From Methanolinea sp. (GTDB taxonomy: Archaea; Halobacteriota; Methanomicrobia; Methanomicrobiales; Methanospirillaceae): DNA of 39,476 bases. Position 1 is the stretch's first letter; every line of letters begins with the position of its first letter. The notes under the pieces were generated by a model. It searched no databases, was not told the DNA's origin, and saw only the letters and a list, made by a program, of their open reading frames with translations. The translations under genes were made by a program, and so were the position numbers. Positions 25,730 through 34,239 of the stretch are shown here, in pieces. Where the stretch lies: contig JAPXNX010000001.1 in assembly GCA_033811795.1 (NCBI GenBank), positions 1-39,476 of the forward strand. The letters are read 5' to 3'.

Positions 25730-27151
25730 ATGTGCGGTATCGTTGGCATCAGGGATGCTGGCGGGGTCTCTTTTTCTATTTATTATGCACTTTATGCACT
25801 CCAGCACCGGGGGCAGGAGAGTGCCGGTATCTCCACGTTCGATGGGGCAAGGCTGTACAAGCACAAGGGCCAGGGCCTCGTTGCCGAGGTCTTTGACTAT
25901 TCTATCCTCAAGTCCCTGGAGGGAAACGTCGGTATAGGGCACGTACGGTACCCGACGACCGGTGCGAACCGGCCTGAAAACGCCCAGCCCTTCAACTTCA
26001 CCTACCGCGATCACGTCTTTTCAATCGCCCATAACGGGAACCTTGTCAACAGCCGCCAGCTCCGGGACGAGTACGAGTGCCGCGGCCAGACATTCTGTTC
26101 CACGACCGATACAGAACTCATTGCAAAGGTCATCACAGAGGAGATGAGCAACTCGGGGTGCATCGAGGACGCTGTCCACAGGTGCATGAGGGTTCTCAGG
26201 GGGTCCTATTCCGTGGTGATGATGATCGACGGCGTGCTGTACGGGTTCCGCGACCCACTTGGTATAAAGCCGCTCTGCTTGGGCCGGACAGAAAATGGGT
26301 TGATCATCGCATCGGAGAGCGTCGCTGTCGATGCTCTCAGCGGGACATTCATGAGGGATGTCGTACCGGGAGAGCTGATCTGCATCGACGACGGGGGGAT
26401 GCGGAGCATGCAGATCGCCCGCGCTTCGAGAAGGGCCCACTGCATATTCGAGTACATCTACTTCGCCCGTGCGGATGCTGTTCTCGACGGTGCACTTGTC
26501 TACGATGTCCGGTTGAAAATCGGGGGGAAACTTCACGAAGAAGCCCCCGTGCCTGCAGACTCTGTCTGCCCCGTCCCTGACTCGGGCACTGCATACGCGA
26601 TAGGGTACGCTGCCCGGTCGTGCATCCCGTTCATGGAGAGCCTTCTCAAGAATCGGTACATGGGCAGGACGTTCATCATGTCCACGCAGAACGAGAGGGA
26701 GCGGGCAGTTCGGATCAAGCTCAATCCCATCCGGAAACACCTGGAGAATGGCTCCGTTGTGCTCGTGGATGACAGCATCGTGCGCGGGACGACGTCGCGC
26801 CGGATCATCGGCATCATGCGGGACGCAGGTGCCAGCGAAATACACGTCCGAATTGGGTCGCCCCCGATCGTGGCACCCTGCTACCTCGGTGTCGACATGC
26901 CCACCCGCGAGGAACTGATTGCGCACGGGAGAAACGAAGAAGAGGTCCGGAGGCGCATAACGGCCACCACCCTGCACCACGTTACGATCGATGCCCTGAT
27001 CGAGGCGGTCGGTATCGGGAGGGAGAACCTCTGCACCGGGTGCCTGACAGGCTGTTATCCCGTCGAGATCCCGGGGGAAGACTCAAAACCGGCGACCGTC
27101 GACTTCCTCGACGGGACATACCAGACGCGTCTCGAACGGTTCGGGACCTGA
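25730..27151 (+). CDS. purF: amidophosphoribosyltransferase
   Basis: 473 aa. N-terminal nucleophile MCGIVGI, Ntn glutaminase domain, PRTase motif VVLVDDSIVRGTT, and C-terminal Cys ligands. Confidence 0.95.
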   Translation: MCGIVGIRDAGGVSFSIYYALYALQHRGQESAGISTFDGARLYKHKGQGLVAEVFDYSILKSLEGNVGIGHVRYPTTGANRPENAQPFNFTYRDHVFSIAHNGNLVNSRQLRDEYECRGQTFCSTTDTELIAKVITEEMSNSGCIEDAVHRCMRVLRGSYSVVMMIDGVLYGFRDPLGIKPLCLGRTENGLIIASESVAVDALSGTFMRDVVPGELICIDDGGMRSMQIARASRRAHCIFEYIYFARADAVLDGALVYDVRLKIGGKLHEEAPVPADSVCPVPDSGTAYAIGYAARSCIPFMESLLKNRYMGRTFIMSTQNERERAVRIKLNPIRKHLENGSVVLVDDSIVRGTTSRRIIGIMRDAGASEIHVRIGSPPIVAPCYLGVDMPTREELIAHGRNEEEVRRRITATTLHHVTIDALIEAVGIGRENLCTGCLTGCYPVEIPGEDSKPATVDFLDGTYQTRLERFGT

Positions 27152-27160
27152 ACCCCTGCC

Positions 27161-27167
27161 TTTTTTT
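27161..27167 (+). terminator. oligo-T tract after purF
   Basis: T7, 10 nt after the purF stop. Confidence 0.55.
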
Positions 27168-27265
27168 CTTGCCGGGACATCGCCGGAAATACTCTCCTGA
27201 AAATACCTGGCCACGTTTCGTGAACTGGAAAAACCTGTGGGGAACCCGAAAACAGCGGTGCTCTA

Positions 27266-27340
27266 TAGCGAGGGATGGATTTGAACCATCGATCTACGGG
27301 TTATGAGCCCGTCGGGATATCCTGACTACCCCACCTCGCT
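27266..27340 (-). tRNA. tRNA-Met (CAT), archaeal initiator type; no encoded CCA
   Basis: The reverse complement folds by hand into a cloverleaf: AGCGAGG acceptor, anticodon arm ACGGG-CUCAUAA-CCCGU, T arm GAUGG-UUCAAAU-CCAUC, discriminator A. The A1:U72 pair and three G:C pairs closing the anticodon stem are initiator signatures. It closely resembles my recollection of the Haloferax initiator tRNA. Confidence 0.85.
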
Positions 27341-27356
27341 GAGACGTATACAGTGG

Positions 27357-27366
27357 ATTAATTAAT
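27357..27366 (-). promoter_or_regulatory. TATA-box candidate for the tRNA gene (palindromic ATTAATTAAT)
   Basis: A 10-bp AT-only palindrome lying 17-26 nt upstream of the tRNA 5' end, which is the expected archaeal TATA position. Confidence 0.45.
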
Positions 27367-27466
27367 TCACTATCTGCAGAGATATAGTTTGCCCCAAAAT
27401 AACGCCGGGTGATCGGGAGAGGGACGAAAGAAGTGATTATCTGGACGATGCACCATAGGAAAGTAC

Positions 27467-27892
27467 ATGGACGACGAGGAACTGCAGCGAATCAGGGAGA
27501 ATAGACTCCGCGAGCTCGAGTCTCGGCTCGCGCAGCAGAAATCGAAAGGACAGCAGCATCCTGCAAGTGTGCTCATTGTCGATGAATCCAACTTCCCGGC
27601 ACTCCTCTCGGAACACCCGAGGCTGGTTGTCGATTTCTGGGCGGAGTGGTGCGGCCCGTGTCGCATGGTCGCCCCGGCCATCGAAGAACTCGCTTCTGCA
27701 ATGGCAGGCAGAGTCACCTTCGGAAAGTGCAATACCGACCACAACCCCCGTCTGGCAGCGCGGTTCGGGATCTCGGCCATCCCGACCATCCTCCTCTTCC
27801 GCGAGGGAGCGCTCGTCGACCGGGTCATCGGGGCATACCCGAAAGAGGCAATCCGGGCAAGGGTCCTCCGGGCGTTCGGAATGGAGGTGTGA
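27467..27892 (+). CDS. trx: thioredoxin with a charged N-terminal extension of about 35 aa
   Basis: 141 aa. WCGPC active site in VVDFWAEWCGPCRMVAP, and a cis-Pro region ISAIPTILLF. The N-terminal MDDEELQRIRENRLRELESRLAQQ is an extra helix. Confidence 0.9.
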   Translation: MDDEELQRIRENRLRELESRLAQQKSKGQQHPASVLIVDESNFPALLSEHPRLVVDFWAEWCGPCRMVAPAIEELASAMAGRVTFGKCNTDHNPRLAARFGISAIPTILLFREGALVDRVIGAYPKEAIRARVLRAFGMEV

Positions 27893-28019
27893 GGCGCCAG
27901 GCATATGCCTCTCTCTCCCACAACCCAGAGTCTCCGGTTCGAACCCCCCGATTCCCCCCAGGGTATGCATCCCCGCAACGCAACCATATTTATGCTGCGG
28001 GCATCACATCTCTACCTGA

Positions 28020-28595
28020 ATGGCAAAAACCCGCATAATCGTCGCCCTCTCGGGTGCAAGCGGCATCGTTTACGGGATCCGTCTCCTCGAGGCCGCCCGC
28101 GAGCTTGGCGTCGAGACGGACCTCATCATGACGGACCTCGCGGCTCGGATGGTCGAGATCGAGACATCCCTCGACCCCGACCAGGTCACTGCACTCGCGA
28201 CAAGGGTGCACGACACTTTCGATTTCACCTCCCCGCTTGCGTCGGGCAGTGTCAGACACCATGGGATGATCGTCATCCCGTGCAGCATGAAGACTGTCGC
28301 AGGGATTGCATGCGGTTTTTCCGACAACCTGCTGCTGCGTGCTGCCGACTGTACATTGAAAGAACACCGCACGCTCGTCCTCGTCCCCCGCGAGACACCC
28401 CTCTCGGCCATTCATCTCCGCAACATGCTCGTTCTTGCAGAGGCGGGGGCCGTCATCCTGCCCGCGTGCCCTGGCTTCTACCACCGGCCGCAGAACATCC
28501 AGGACCTCGTGGACCATGTCGTCGGCAAGGTATTCGATATTCTCGCCATCGATCACCACCTCTACCACAGGTGGAGAGAGGGGGATACGGCGTGA
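28020..28595 (+). CDS. ubiX: flavin prenyltransferase UbiX (prenylated-FMN synthase)
   Basis: 191 aa: RIIVALSGASGIVYGIRLLE ... VIPCSMKTVAGIACGFSDNLLLRAADCTLKE ... LVPRETPL. Confidence 0.88.
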   Translation: MAKTRIIVALSGASGIVYGIRLLEAARELGVETDLIMTDLAARMVEIETSLDPDQVTALATRVHDTFDFTSPLASGSVRHHGMIVIPCSMKTVAGIACGFSDNLLLRAADCTLKEHRTLVLVPRETPLSAIHLRNMLVLAEAGAVILPACPGFYHRPQNIQDLVDHVVGKVFDILAIDHHLYHRWREGDTA

Positions 28596-28688
28596 AAACT
28601 GGCCCTTGCCTCCAACATTCGGACACATCGCGCATTCCCGGCCAGTCCCCTCCAAGATGGGGGATATTGCAGGAAAGTCTTATGAACA

Positions 28689-29213
28689 ATGGCACATGAC
28701 GAGCCGGGAGAGGGAAAGGAGGGAGGGTATAGTGCCGCGACGAGATCAGATCCCCTTGCACAACTCTTTGCAAGGCCAGTTTTCCTCGCCCTCACGATCG
28801 GGATACCATTCTGCACTTTCAAGCTGCTGTTTGGAGTAACAGCTGTTCGCGTAGCGTTACAGTCTTCGAATGGATTCCTATTCGGTGCTGGCCTTGCCAT
28901 CGCTGCCTGGGCACTCGCAGACCTTGCCATGAACGTGGGAAGGGCTCTCATGGATATCATACACCGGGATGCCCGTTTCGAGTACTGCACGATAGCCCAG
29001 ATAGGTGCCTTCTTCGGGACGCCGTCGGTCTTTCTGGCAATCGATACCCTGATCTCCTTCCTCGTTATATGCACAATGCTCTGGTCCGGATGGATTGCCC
29101 TCCTCTCGCCCTGGCAGGCATCGCTCTGGTATGCGGCGACCACCCTGAACCTCGTATCCCTATCGCTCGTCCTCCTCCATGAAGAGGTCCGGCGGGTCCG
29201 GTCCGGAATATGA
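28689..29213 (+). CDS. hypothetical membrane protein (about 4 TM segments)
   Basis: 174 aa. Four long hydrophobic segments and GC-rich third codon positions favour this frame over the Arg/Ser-rich antisense ORF 28562-29314. No family was recognised. Confidence 0.55.
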   Translation: MAHDEPGEGKEGGYSAATRSDPLAQLFARPVFLALTIGIPFCTFKLLFGVTAVRVALQSSNGFLFGAGLAIAAWALADLAMNVGRALMDIIHRDARFEYCTIAQIGAFFGTPSVFLAIDTLISFLVICTMLWSGWIALLSPWQASLWYAATTLNLVSLSLVLLHEEVRRVRSGI

Positions 29214-29396
29214 TGAATTCCCGGGGTGTCCGGCGTGAAATGGGATATAACAGGGACATTAGACAATACTCCTCTCTCGTAAGACATTCCAATAACCGGA
29301 GGAACACAGGACACGGTCTCATGTAATTCCGCAAAGTGCGATATACGTCAGGACACAAAAGATAACCGCGTGCGGAGAGAACATGTGGATCAACGG

Positions 29397-31547
29397 ATGG
29401 ATTCCGAGATTTTTTTCGACCTGCACGAAGCCCTCAGGGACGTGCTCTCCCACAGGCTGGACTGGTCCCATCTCCGGGAGGTCCAGACCCGGACCTACCG
29501 GGCGTTCGGCACTGGCAGCGATGTACTTGTAATCGCCCCCACGGCGGGGGGAAAGACGGAAGCTGCCCTCATCCCGGTCATCGATGCGATCCTCAAGGAA
29601 GGCAGCCCCGGGGTCGCTTGCCTGTACATCTCGCCGCTCAAAGCCCTTATCAATGACCAGGAGGAACGGTTTCTCTCATTCTGCATCCCGACGGGGCTTG
29701 ACCTGAAGGTCTGGCACGGTGACGTACCCAGGGGTGACCGCTCATGGGATGACGGAGAACCTCCCCACGTCCTGATGATCACACCCGAGTCTCTCGAGGT
29801 GCTCATGGGTGAAAAAACCCTTGCACGGGACCTCGCCCATATGCGGTTCGTAATCGTGGACGAACTCCACTCATTCGTGGAGTCGGAGAGGGGAGTGCAC
29901 CTCCGGGTCCTCCTCGACCGGCTGGACGCGCTGGCAGGCTCCCATGTCCAGAGGCTGGGGCTATCGGCAACGGTGGGGAACCCTGACGAGGTGCTCCTCT
30001 GGCTCTCGGGAGCGGGTCGGGAAGGGGAACTCGTGGAGGTCGTGCAGCCCCCGCGGGAGAAGAAGTTCTCCTTCCATGTCCAGGAAGATCCCGCTCGCAG
30101 GACGAGTATCGTGGCAGGGCTCGTTGCGGATAAAAAAGCCCTCGTCTTTGTCAACAGCCGTGCAGAAGCAGAGGAACTGGGAAGGGCACTCCGGGGAACG
30201 GTCAGCCACCTCTTTGTCCACCACTCTTCCCTCTCTCCCCAGGTGCGGAGGGCTGCCGAGGAGTCCCTCGGGGGCGGGGAGAGTGCCTGCATCATCTGCA
30301 CGAGCACGCTCGAACTGGGGATCGATATCGGCGACCTCGATATCGTCGTTCAGGTCGGGGCCCCGGCATCTGTCTCCTCTTTCCTCCAGAGGATGGGGAG
30401 GAGCGGGAGGCGGGGGGAGTCACCGTACATGGCGTTTGTCCTCTCCGGAGCAAGGGAGCTCCTCGTGTGCACTGCAGTAATCGAGAGTGCGCGGAGAAAG
30501 AGGGTGGAGCCGCTCGACCCGAAAAAGAAGCCATACAACATACTCGTTCAGCAGGTCTTCCTTGCGGTTCTCCGGCACCGGCGGACGACTGCGGCCCGCC
30601 TCGAGAGAGAGATAGGGAGACTTGCAGCGTTCACCGACCTGCCACAGGGCATACTCAGGTTGCTTGTCGCATTCCTCGAGGAGGAGGGTTTCCTCGTCAG
30701 AGACGGTGAATTCCTGATGGCCGGTCCCCGGATGGAAGCCCTGTATGGGAGGTCCCAGGGAAAAGACCTCTATTCCGTCATCCAGGGCGGGGGCGAGGTG
30801 AGGGCGGTCACGCCTGACGGGGAGCAGATCGGGAGGCTTGACGCAAAGTACGTTGCAGGCAGGGGCTGGGAGGGGTTCTCGCTGGGTGGAATGGACTGGA
30901 CCCCGGTCGGGAGAGACGAGCAGCACGGGCTCGTTGTCGTGGTGCCCGGGGGAGACAGCGGAGGGCGTGCTTTTTGGACGGGTGGCAGGCCTATAGGCCT
31001 CTCGCCCGAGGTCTGCCGTTCGATTCAGCGGATCATCGCTCGGGGCCGGGCACTCCTCCCCCTTGCACAGCGGGAGGAAGAGGAACTTGCGGCGTTCATC
31101 GCAACGTTCCCCCCGCTCCACCCGCAGGGTATCCACGTATGGGAGACAAGGGGGAAGAAGAAGGTGGACGTTGCCGTGCTCACGTTCCTGTCCCGCGGCA
31201 AGAATGCACTACTCGTGCTCCTAATCAGGTCTGTGCTCGGCGAGCACACGAAGGTCCGGTACGATGACATATCCCTCTTCTTCCCTGCTATGGGAGGCGA
31301 GGGGTCAGCTGACCGGGTGCTGGAAGCGCTCCGGAGCATCCAGGAGATGACCGCAATGGAGATGGAGGAGATCGTCCCCATTCCCTCCCCGCACCAATCT
31401 GCTTGGAAGTTTGCAGCAGCACTGCCGCCAGCGTTCCTGCACGAAATGGCAGCATTCGATACGTGGCAGGTGGATAAGTTCGCTGAGGAGTTCAGGAAAC
31501 TCCCCCTGTACCGCGTATCGCCGCCAGATGTGCCTGGTCCGGCCTGA
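29397..31547 (+). CDS. Lhr-like DEAD/DEAH-box superfamily 2 helicase
   Basis: Motif I APTAGGKTEAA, motif II DELH, motif III SATVGNP, motif VI QRMGRSGRR. The C-terminal winged-helix-like region resembles the Lhr-core. The start could be the ATG at 29397 or the GTG at 29370. Confidence 0.8.
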   Translation: MDSEIFFDLHEALRDVLSHRLDWSHLREVQTRTYRAFGTGSDVLVIAPTAGGKTEAALIPVIDAILKEGSPGVACLYISPLKALINDQEERFLSFCIPTGLDLKVWHGDVPRGDRSWDDGEPPHVLMITPESLEVLMGEKTLARDLAHMRFVIVDELHSFVESERGVHLRVLLDRLDALAGSHVQRLGLSATVGNPDEVLLWLSGAGREGELVEVVQPPREKKFSFHVQEDPARRTSIVAGLVADKKALVFVNSRAEAEELGRALRGTVSHLFVHHSSLSPQVRRAAEESLGGGESACIICTSTLELGIDIGDLDIVVQVGAPASVSSFLQRMGRSGRRGESPYMAFVLSGARELLVCTAVIESARRKRVEPLDPKKKPYNILVQQVFLAVLRHRRTTAARLEREIGRLAAFTDLPQGILRLLVAFLEEEGFLVRDGEFLMAGPRMEALYGRSQGKDLYSVIQGGGEVRAVTPDGEQIGRLDAKYVAGRGWEGFSLGGMDWTPVGRDEQHGLVVVVPGGDSGGRAFWTGGRPIGLSPEVCRSIQRIIARGRALLPLAQREEEELAAFIATFPPLHPQGIHVWETRGKKKVDVAVLTFLSRGKNALLVLLIRSVLGEHTKVRYDDISLFFPAMGGEGSADRVLEALRSIQEMTAMEMEEIVPIPSPHQSAWKFAAALPPAFLHEMAAFDTWQVDKFAEEFRKLPLYRVSPPDVPGPA

Positions 31548-31681
31548 ACCTAGCGGGGACAATACAGGCCCACGCAGACCACGTGCGCGGGGGGACTTGC
31601 AGTCGAGATGGCAGGGAGGAGACCTCGATGGCAGGATCATCATCCATCGGGCATACGGCCGCACCCTGTGTTTTCCCTCCC

Positions 31682-32248
31682 TCACGAGGAGATCTTTGCA
31701 ATCAGCCGCGCCACGTTCTCGGCAAAGACGCGCACGGTGTTCATACCCTCCACGTCTTTCCAGCATTCTCCTGGATTCCAGCCAAAGACGATGTTCCAGT
31801 AAGTAGAACCGGGGACGATCATGTTGTTGATCAAAAAGAACATGAGCATCTCCTGGATAGTCGCGGTGTGGCCACCCCTCCTGGCGACCGCAATGGGTCC
31901 CCCGACCTTCCAGGTGAGGAAGCGGTCCGTCGAGCGGGATACCATCCCTATCCTCTGGAGAGCTGCCATCACGTCACCGCGTGCAGTCCCAAAGTAGACA
32001 GGGGATGCCACGATGAACCCCTCCGCTCCCCTGATGCTGTCGATGATATCGGAGAGACCGTCCTCGAGGACGCAGTTGCCTTCCGCGGCACACCTGTTGC
32101 ATGCCGTGCAGGACTCGATCTTCTTGCCGGCAAGCGAGATTATCTCTGTCTCGAGCCCATGCTCCTGGATGACATGTGCACATTCCGTGATGACCTGGGA
32201 CGTGTTTCCATCCGGCCGGGGGCTCCCGCAGAGCAGTACGACTTTCAT
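31682..32248 (-). CDS. iron-sulfur flavoprotein (Isf), copy 4, closest to the Methanosarcina thermophila Isf type
   Basis: 188 aa. MKVVLLCGSPRPDGNT, Cys motif CTACNRCAAEGNC (C-x2-C-x2-C-x5-C), and the GGPIAVARRGGHTATIQEM block. A TATA-like CCTAAATAAAAGG on the coding strand lies about 30-40 nt upstream. Confidence 0.85.
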   Translation of the reverse strand: MKVVLLCGSPRPDGNTSQVITECAHVIQEHGLETEIISLAGKKIESCTACNRCAAEGNCVLEDGLSDIIDSIRGAEGFIVASPVYFGTARGDVMAALQRIGMVSRSTDRFLTWKVGGPIAVARRGGHTATIQEMLMFFLINNMIVPGSTYWNIVFGWNPGECWKDVEGMNTVRVFAENVARLIAKISS

Positions 32249-32582
32249 TCAGATTCCTCCAGGAAAGAGTGCGTGCGCCTTTTATTTAGGTATGGGAGGT
32301 CGGGAGCAAAAGAAATCCGCAGCATGGCCACTGAGGAGATCCCTGCTATACGCAAGAATTCCAGAATCGAGGCAGACAGGATGGGGGGCTGCTGGGAGAG
32401 GAGTACGGATTCTTGTCCTTTCTCCCATGCGTGTAATAAACCATTATTACCTTGTCCCGCCAATTCTCTGGAAAAACCGGTGGCTATATGAAGGAACATC
32501 TCCACGTCAAAGGCGCAGGAGAGATGTCCGGGAACATTCCACCAATTCTTGATGGGAGCCACTATGGTGAAACGGAGAGACA

Positions 32583-34097
32583 ATGGAGAACAGGTACAGT
32601 GACCTCGATTTCGAATCGCCACGGCAGGAGAAGGTAAAGGAACTGAGGTCGAGAGGGATCGACCCTTATCCCTTTGCATTCGAAGGGAAGCAGGCAGTTG
32701 CAGAGGTCAGGGAACGTGCGGCCAGCGCCGGGCACGAAAAGGGGACTGAACTCTTCAGGGTTGCCGGGCGGCTCTATACGATCAGGAACCATGGCAAGAC
32801 CTTTTTTGCCGATCTCCAGGACGAGAGCGGAAGGATCCAGCTGTATATCCGGAAGAACGACATCGGGGAGGAGAAGTTCGACCTCTTCGGTACCTGTTTC
32901 GAAAGGGGGGACATCGTCGGCGTGCAGGGATATGCCTTCCGGACAAAAGTGGGGGAACTCACGCTATGGGTTGAGGATATCACGATCCTTGCCAAGGCAC
33001 TATGCTCCCTTCCCGAGAAGTTCCACGGTCTCCGCGATGTCGAGAAGCGGTACAGGCAGCGCTATGTCGACCTAATCGTGAACCTGAACGTCCGCGAGAC
33101 ATTCCGTACCAGGAGCCGGATCATTTCAGCCCTTCGCGAATACCTCGGAGAGAGGGGATACCTCGAGTTCGAGACACCCATCCTCCAGCCTGTGTACGGC
33201 GGAGCGAATGCACGTCCATTCACCACGTTCCACCATTATCTCCAGCAGACGCTTTTCCTGCGCATCGCCCCGGAACTGTACTTGAAAAGGCTCGTCGTCG
33301 GGGGATTCGAGAAAGTATACGAGATTGCTCGGAATTTCCGGAACGAGGACATCGATACCCAGCACAACCCCGAGTTCACCATGGTGGAGATTTACGAGGC
33401 CTACCGCGACTACAACGACATGATGGCCCTCTGCGAGGGGATCATCTCGAATATTGCGGAGAAGATCCATGGAAAGACAGTCATCCCTTTCGGGGAGACC
33501 ACTATCGATCTCACCCCCCCTTTCCGGAGGATGACGATGGACGAGGCAGTTCGTGCTTTTGCAGGGATCGATATCTGGAACCACACTTTCGAGGATCTCC
33601 AGGCGATCGCGCGAGATAAGGAGATCGAGGAGTGGGAGAGTGCAGGAAATCACCGTGAGATGCTCGTTATCCTCTTCGAAGGTCTCGTCGAGGAGCAACT
33701 CGTTCAGCCGACGTTCATCTATGATTTCCCTGTCGAGAACTCGCCGCTCGCGAAAAGGCACAGGTCGCGTGAGGGTTTCACAGAGAGGTTCGAACTCTTC
33801 GTCTCGGGCATGGAACTTGCAAACGGATTTTCAGAGCTGAACGACCCGGTCGACCAGCTCGCCAGGTTCCAGCGGCAGGAGGAGAAGAGGAAGGCTGGGG
33901 ACCTCGAAGCCCAGATGCTTGACTATGACTTCATCGACGCACTGGGCTACGGGATGCCCCCGACAGGCGGGGTCGGTATCGGAATAGACCGCCTCGTAAT
34001 GCTCCTTGCCAACCGGCCCTCTATCAAGGAGGTCATTCTCTTTCCCCAGATGAAACCGGAGGAGGGAGTTGAGAAGAAGGGCGAGACCGACACCTGA
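32583..34097 (+). CDS. lysS: lysine--tRNA ligase, class II
   Basis: 504 aa. The N-terminal OB anticodon-binding domain contains GRLYTIRNHGKTFFADLQD. Class II motifs are ARNFRNEDIDTQHNPEFTMVEIYEAY and GMPPTGGVGIGIDRLVMLL. Confidence 0.93.
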   Translation: MENRYSDLDFESPRQEKVKELRSRGIDPYPFAFEGKQAVAEVRERAASAGHEKGTELFRVAGRLYTIRNHGKTFFADLQDESGRIQLYIRKNDIGEEKFDLFGTCFERGDIVGVQGYAFRTKVGELTLWVEDITILAKALCSLPEKFHGLRDVEKRYRQRYVDLIVNLNVRETFRTRSRIISALREYLGERGYLEFETPILQPVYGGANARPFTTFHHYLQQTLFLRIAPELYLKRLVVGGFEKVYEIARNFRNEDIDTQHNPEFTMVEIYEAYRDYNDMMALCEGIISNIAEKIHGKTVIPFGETTIDLTPPFRRMTMDEAVRAFAGIDIWNHTFEDLQAIARDKEIEEWESAGNHREMLVILFEGLVEEQLVQPTFIYDFPVENSPLAKRHRSREGFTERFELFVSGMELANGFSELNDPVDQLARFQRQEEKRKAGDLEAQMLDYDFIDALGYGMPPTGGVGIGIDRLVMLLANRPSIKEVILFPQMKPEEGVEKKGETDT

Positions 34098-34231
34098 TAT
34101 CCACTTCTTTCCGGAAAGAGAACCACGCGCACGTTTCACATCCTGACACTCAAGGTCCCGCAGTCCCGGGGCTGTCTTCATTCGGGGTGATGAAAAGGGG
34201 GGTGGAGGGGCTTTATACTCCCACCTCCCGG

Positions 34232-34237
34232 AAAAAA
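34232..34237 (-). terminator. oligo-T tract after the DUF350 gene
   Basis: A6 on the + strand (T6 on the coding strand), 2 nt after the stop at 34240-34242. Confidence 0.5.
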
Positions 34238-34239
34238 GG

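Noticed and set aside
26021-26980. 319-aa minus-strand ORF
   Set aside because: It is antisense to purF and has no motifs, so it is a shadow ORF. The same reasoning applies to 13561-14418, 14568-15302, 6339-7139, 9038-9700, 3550-4263, 17829-18572, 18286-19158 and 33126-33761.
27936-27945. GGTTCGAACC resembling a tRNA T-arm, 600 bp from the tRNA gene (possible att or tRNA fragment)
   Set aside because: It is only a 10-bp palindrome. The flanking sequence does not form a T-stem or acceptor stem and does not match the 3' end of the tRNA-Met.
27370-28699. Overlapping ORFs 27370-27987 (-), 27567-28019 (+), 27646-28038 (+) and 27905-28699 (+)
   Set aside because: All are off-frame or antisense to thioredoxin and ubiX, which have unambiguous motifs. 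All are Arg/Pro/Gly-rich.
28562-29314. 250-aa minus-strand ORF competing with the 174-aa membrane protein call
   Set aside because: It is Arg/Ser/Ala-rich with no hydrophobic core or motif. The + strand frame shows four clean TM segments and GC-rich third positions. This remains a judgement call without codon statistics.
32324-32491. Possible 55-aa Cys/His-rich small protein (MATEEIPAIRKNSRIEADRMGGCWERSTDSCPFSHACNKPLLPCPANSLEKPVAI) in the isf4/lysS gap
   Set aside because: It is the tail of an antisense shadow ORF, with no SD-like element. My hand count of third-position GC is only about 55%, whereas real genes in this window look clearly more GC-rich at third positions. It needs Ribo-seq or conservation evidence before it can be called.
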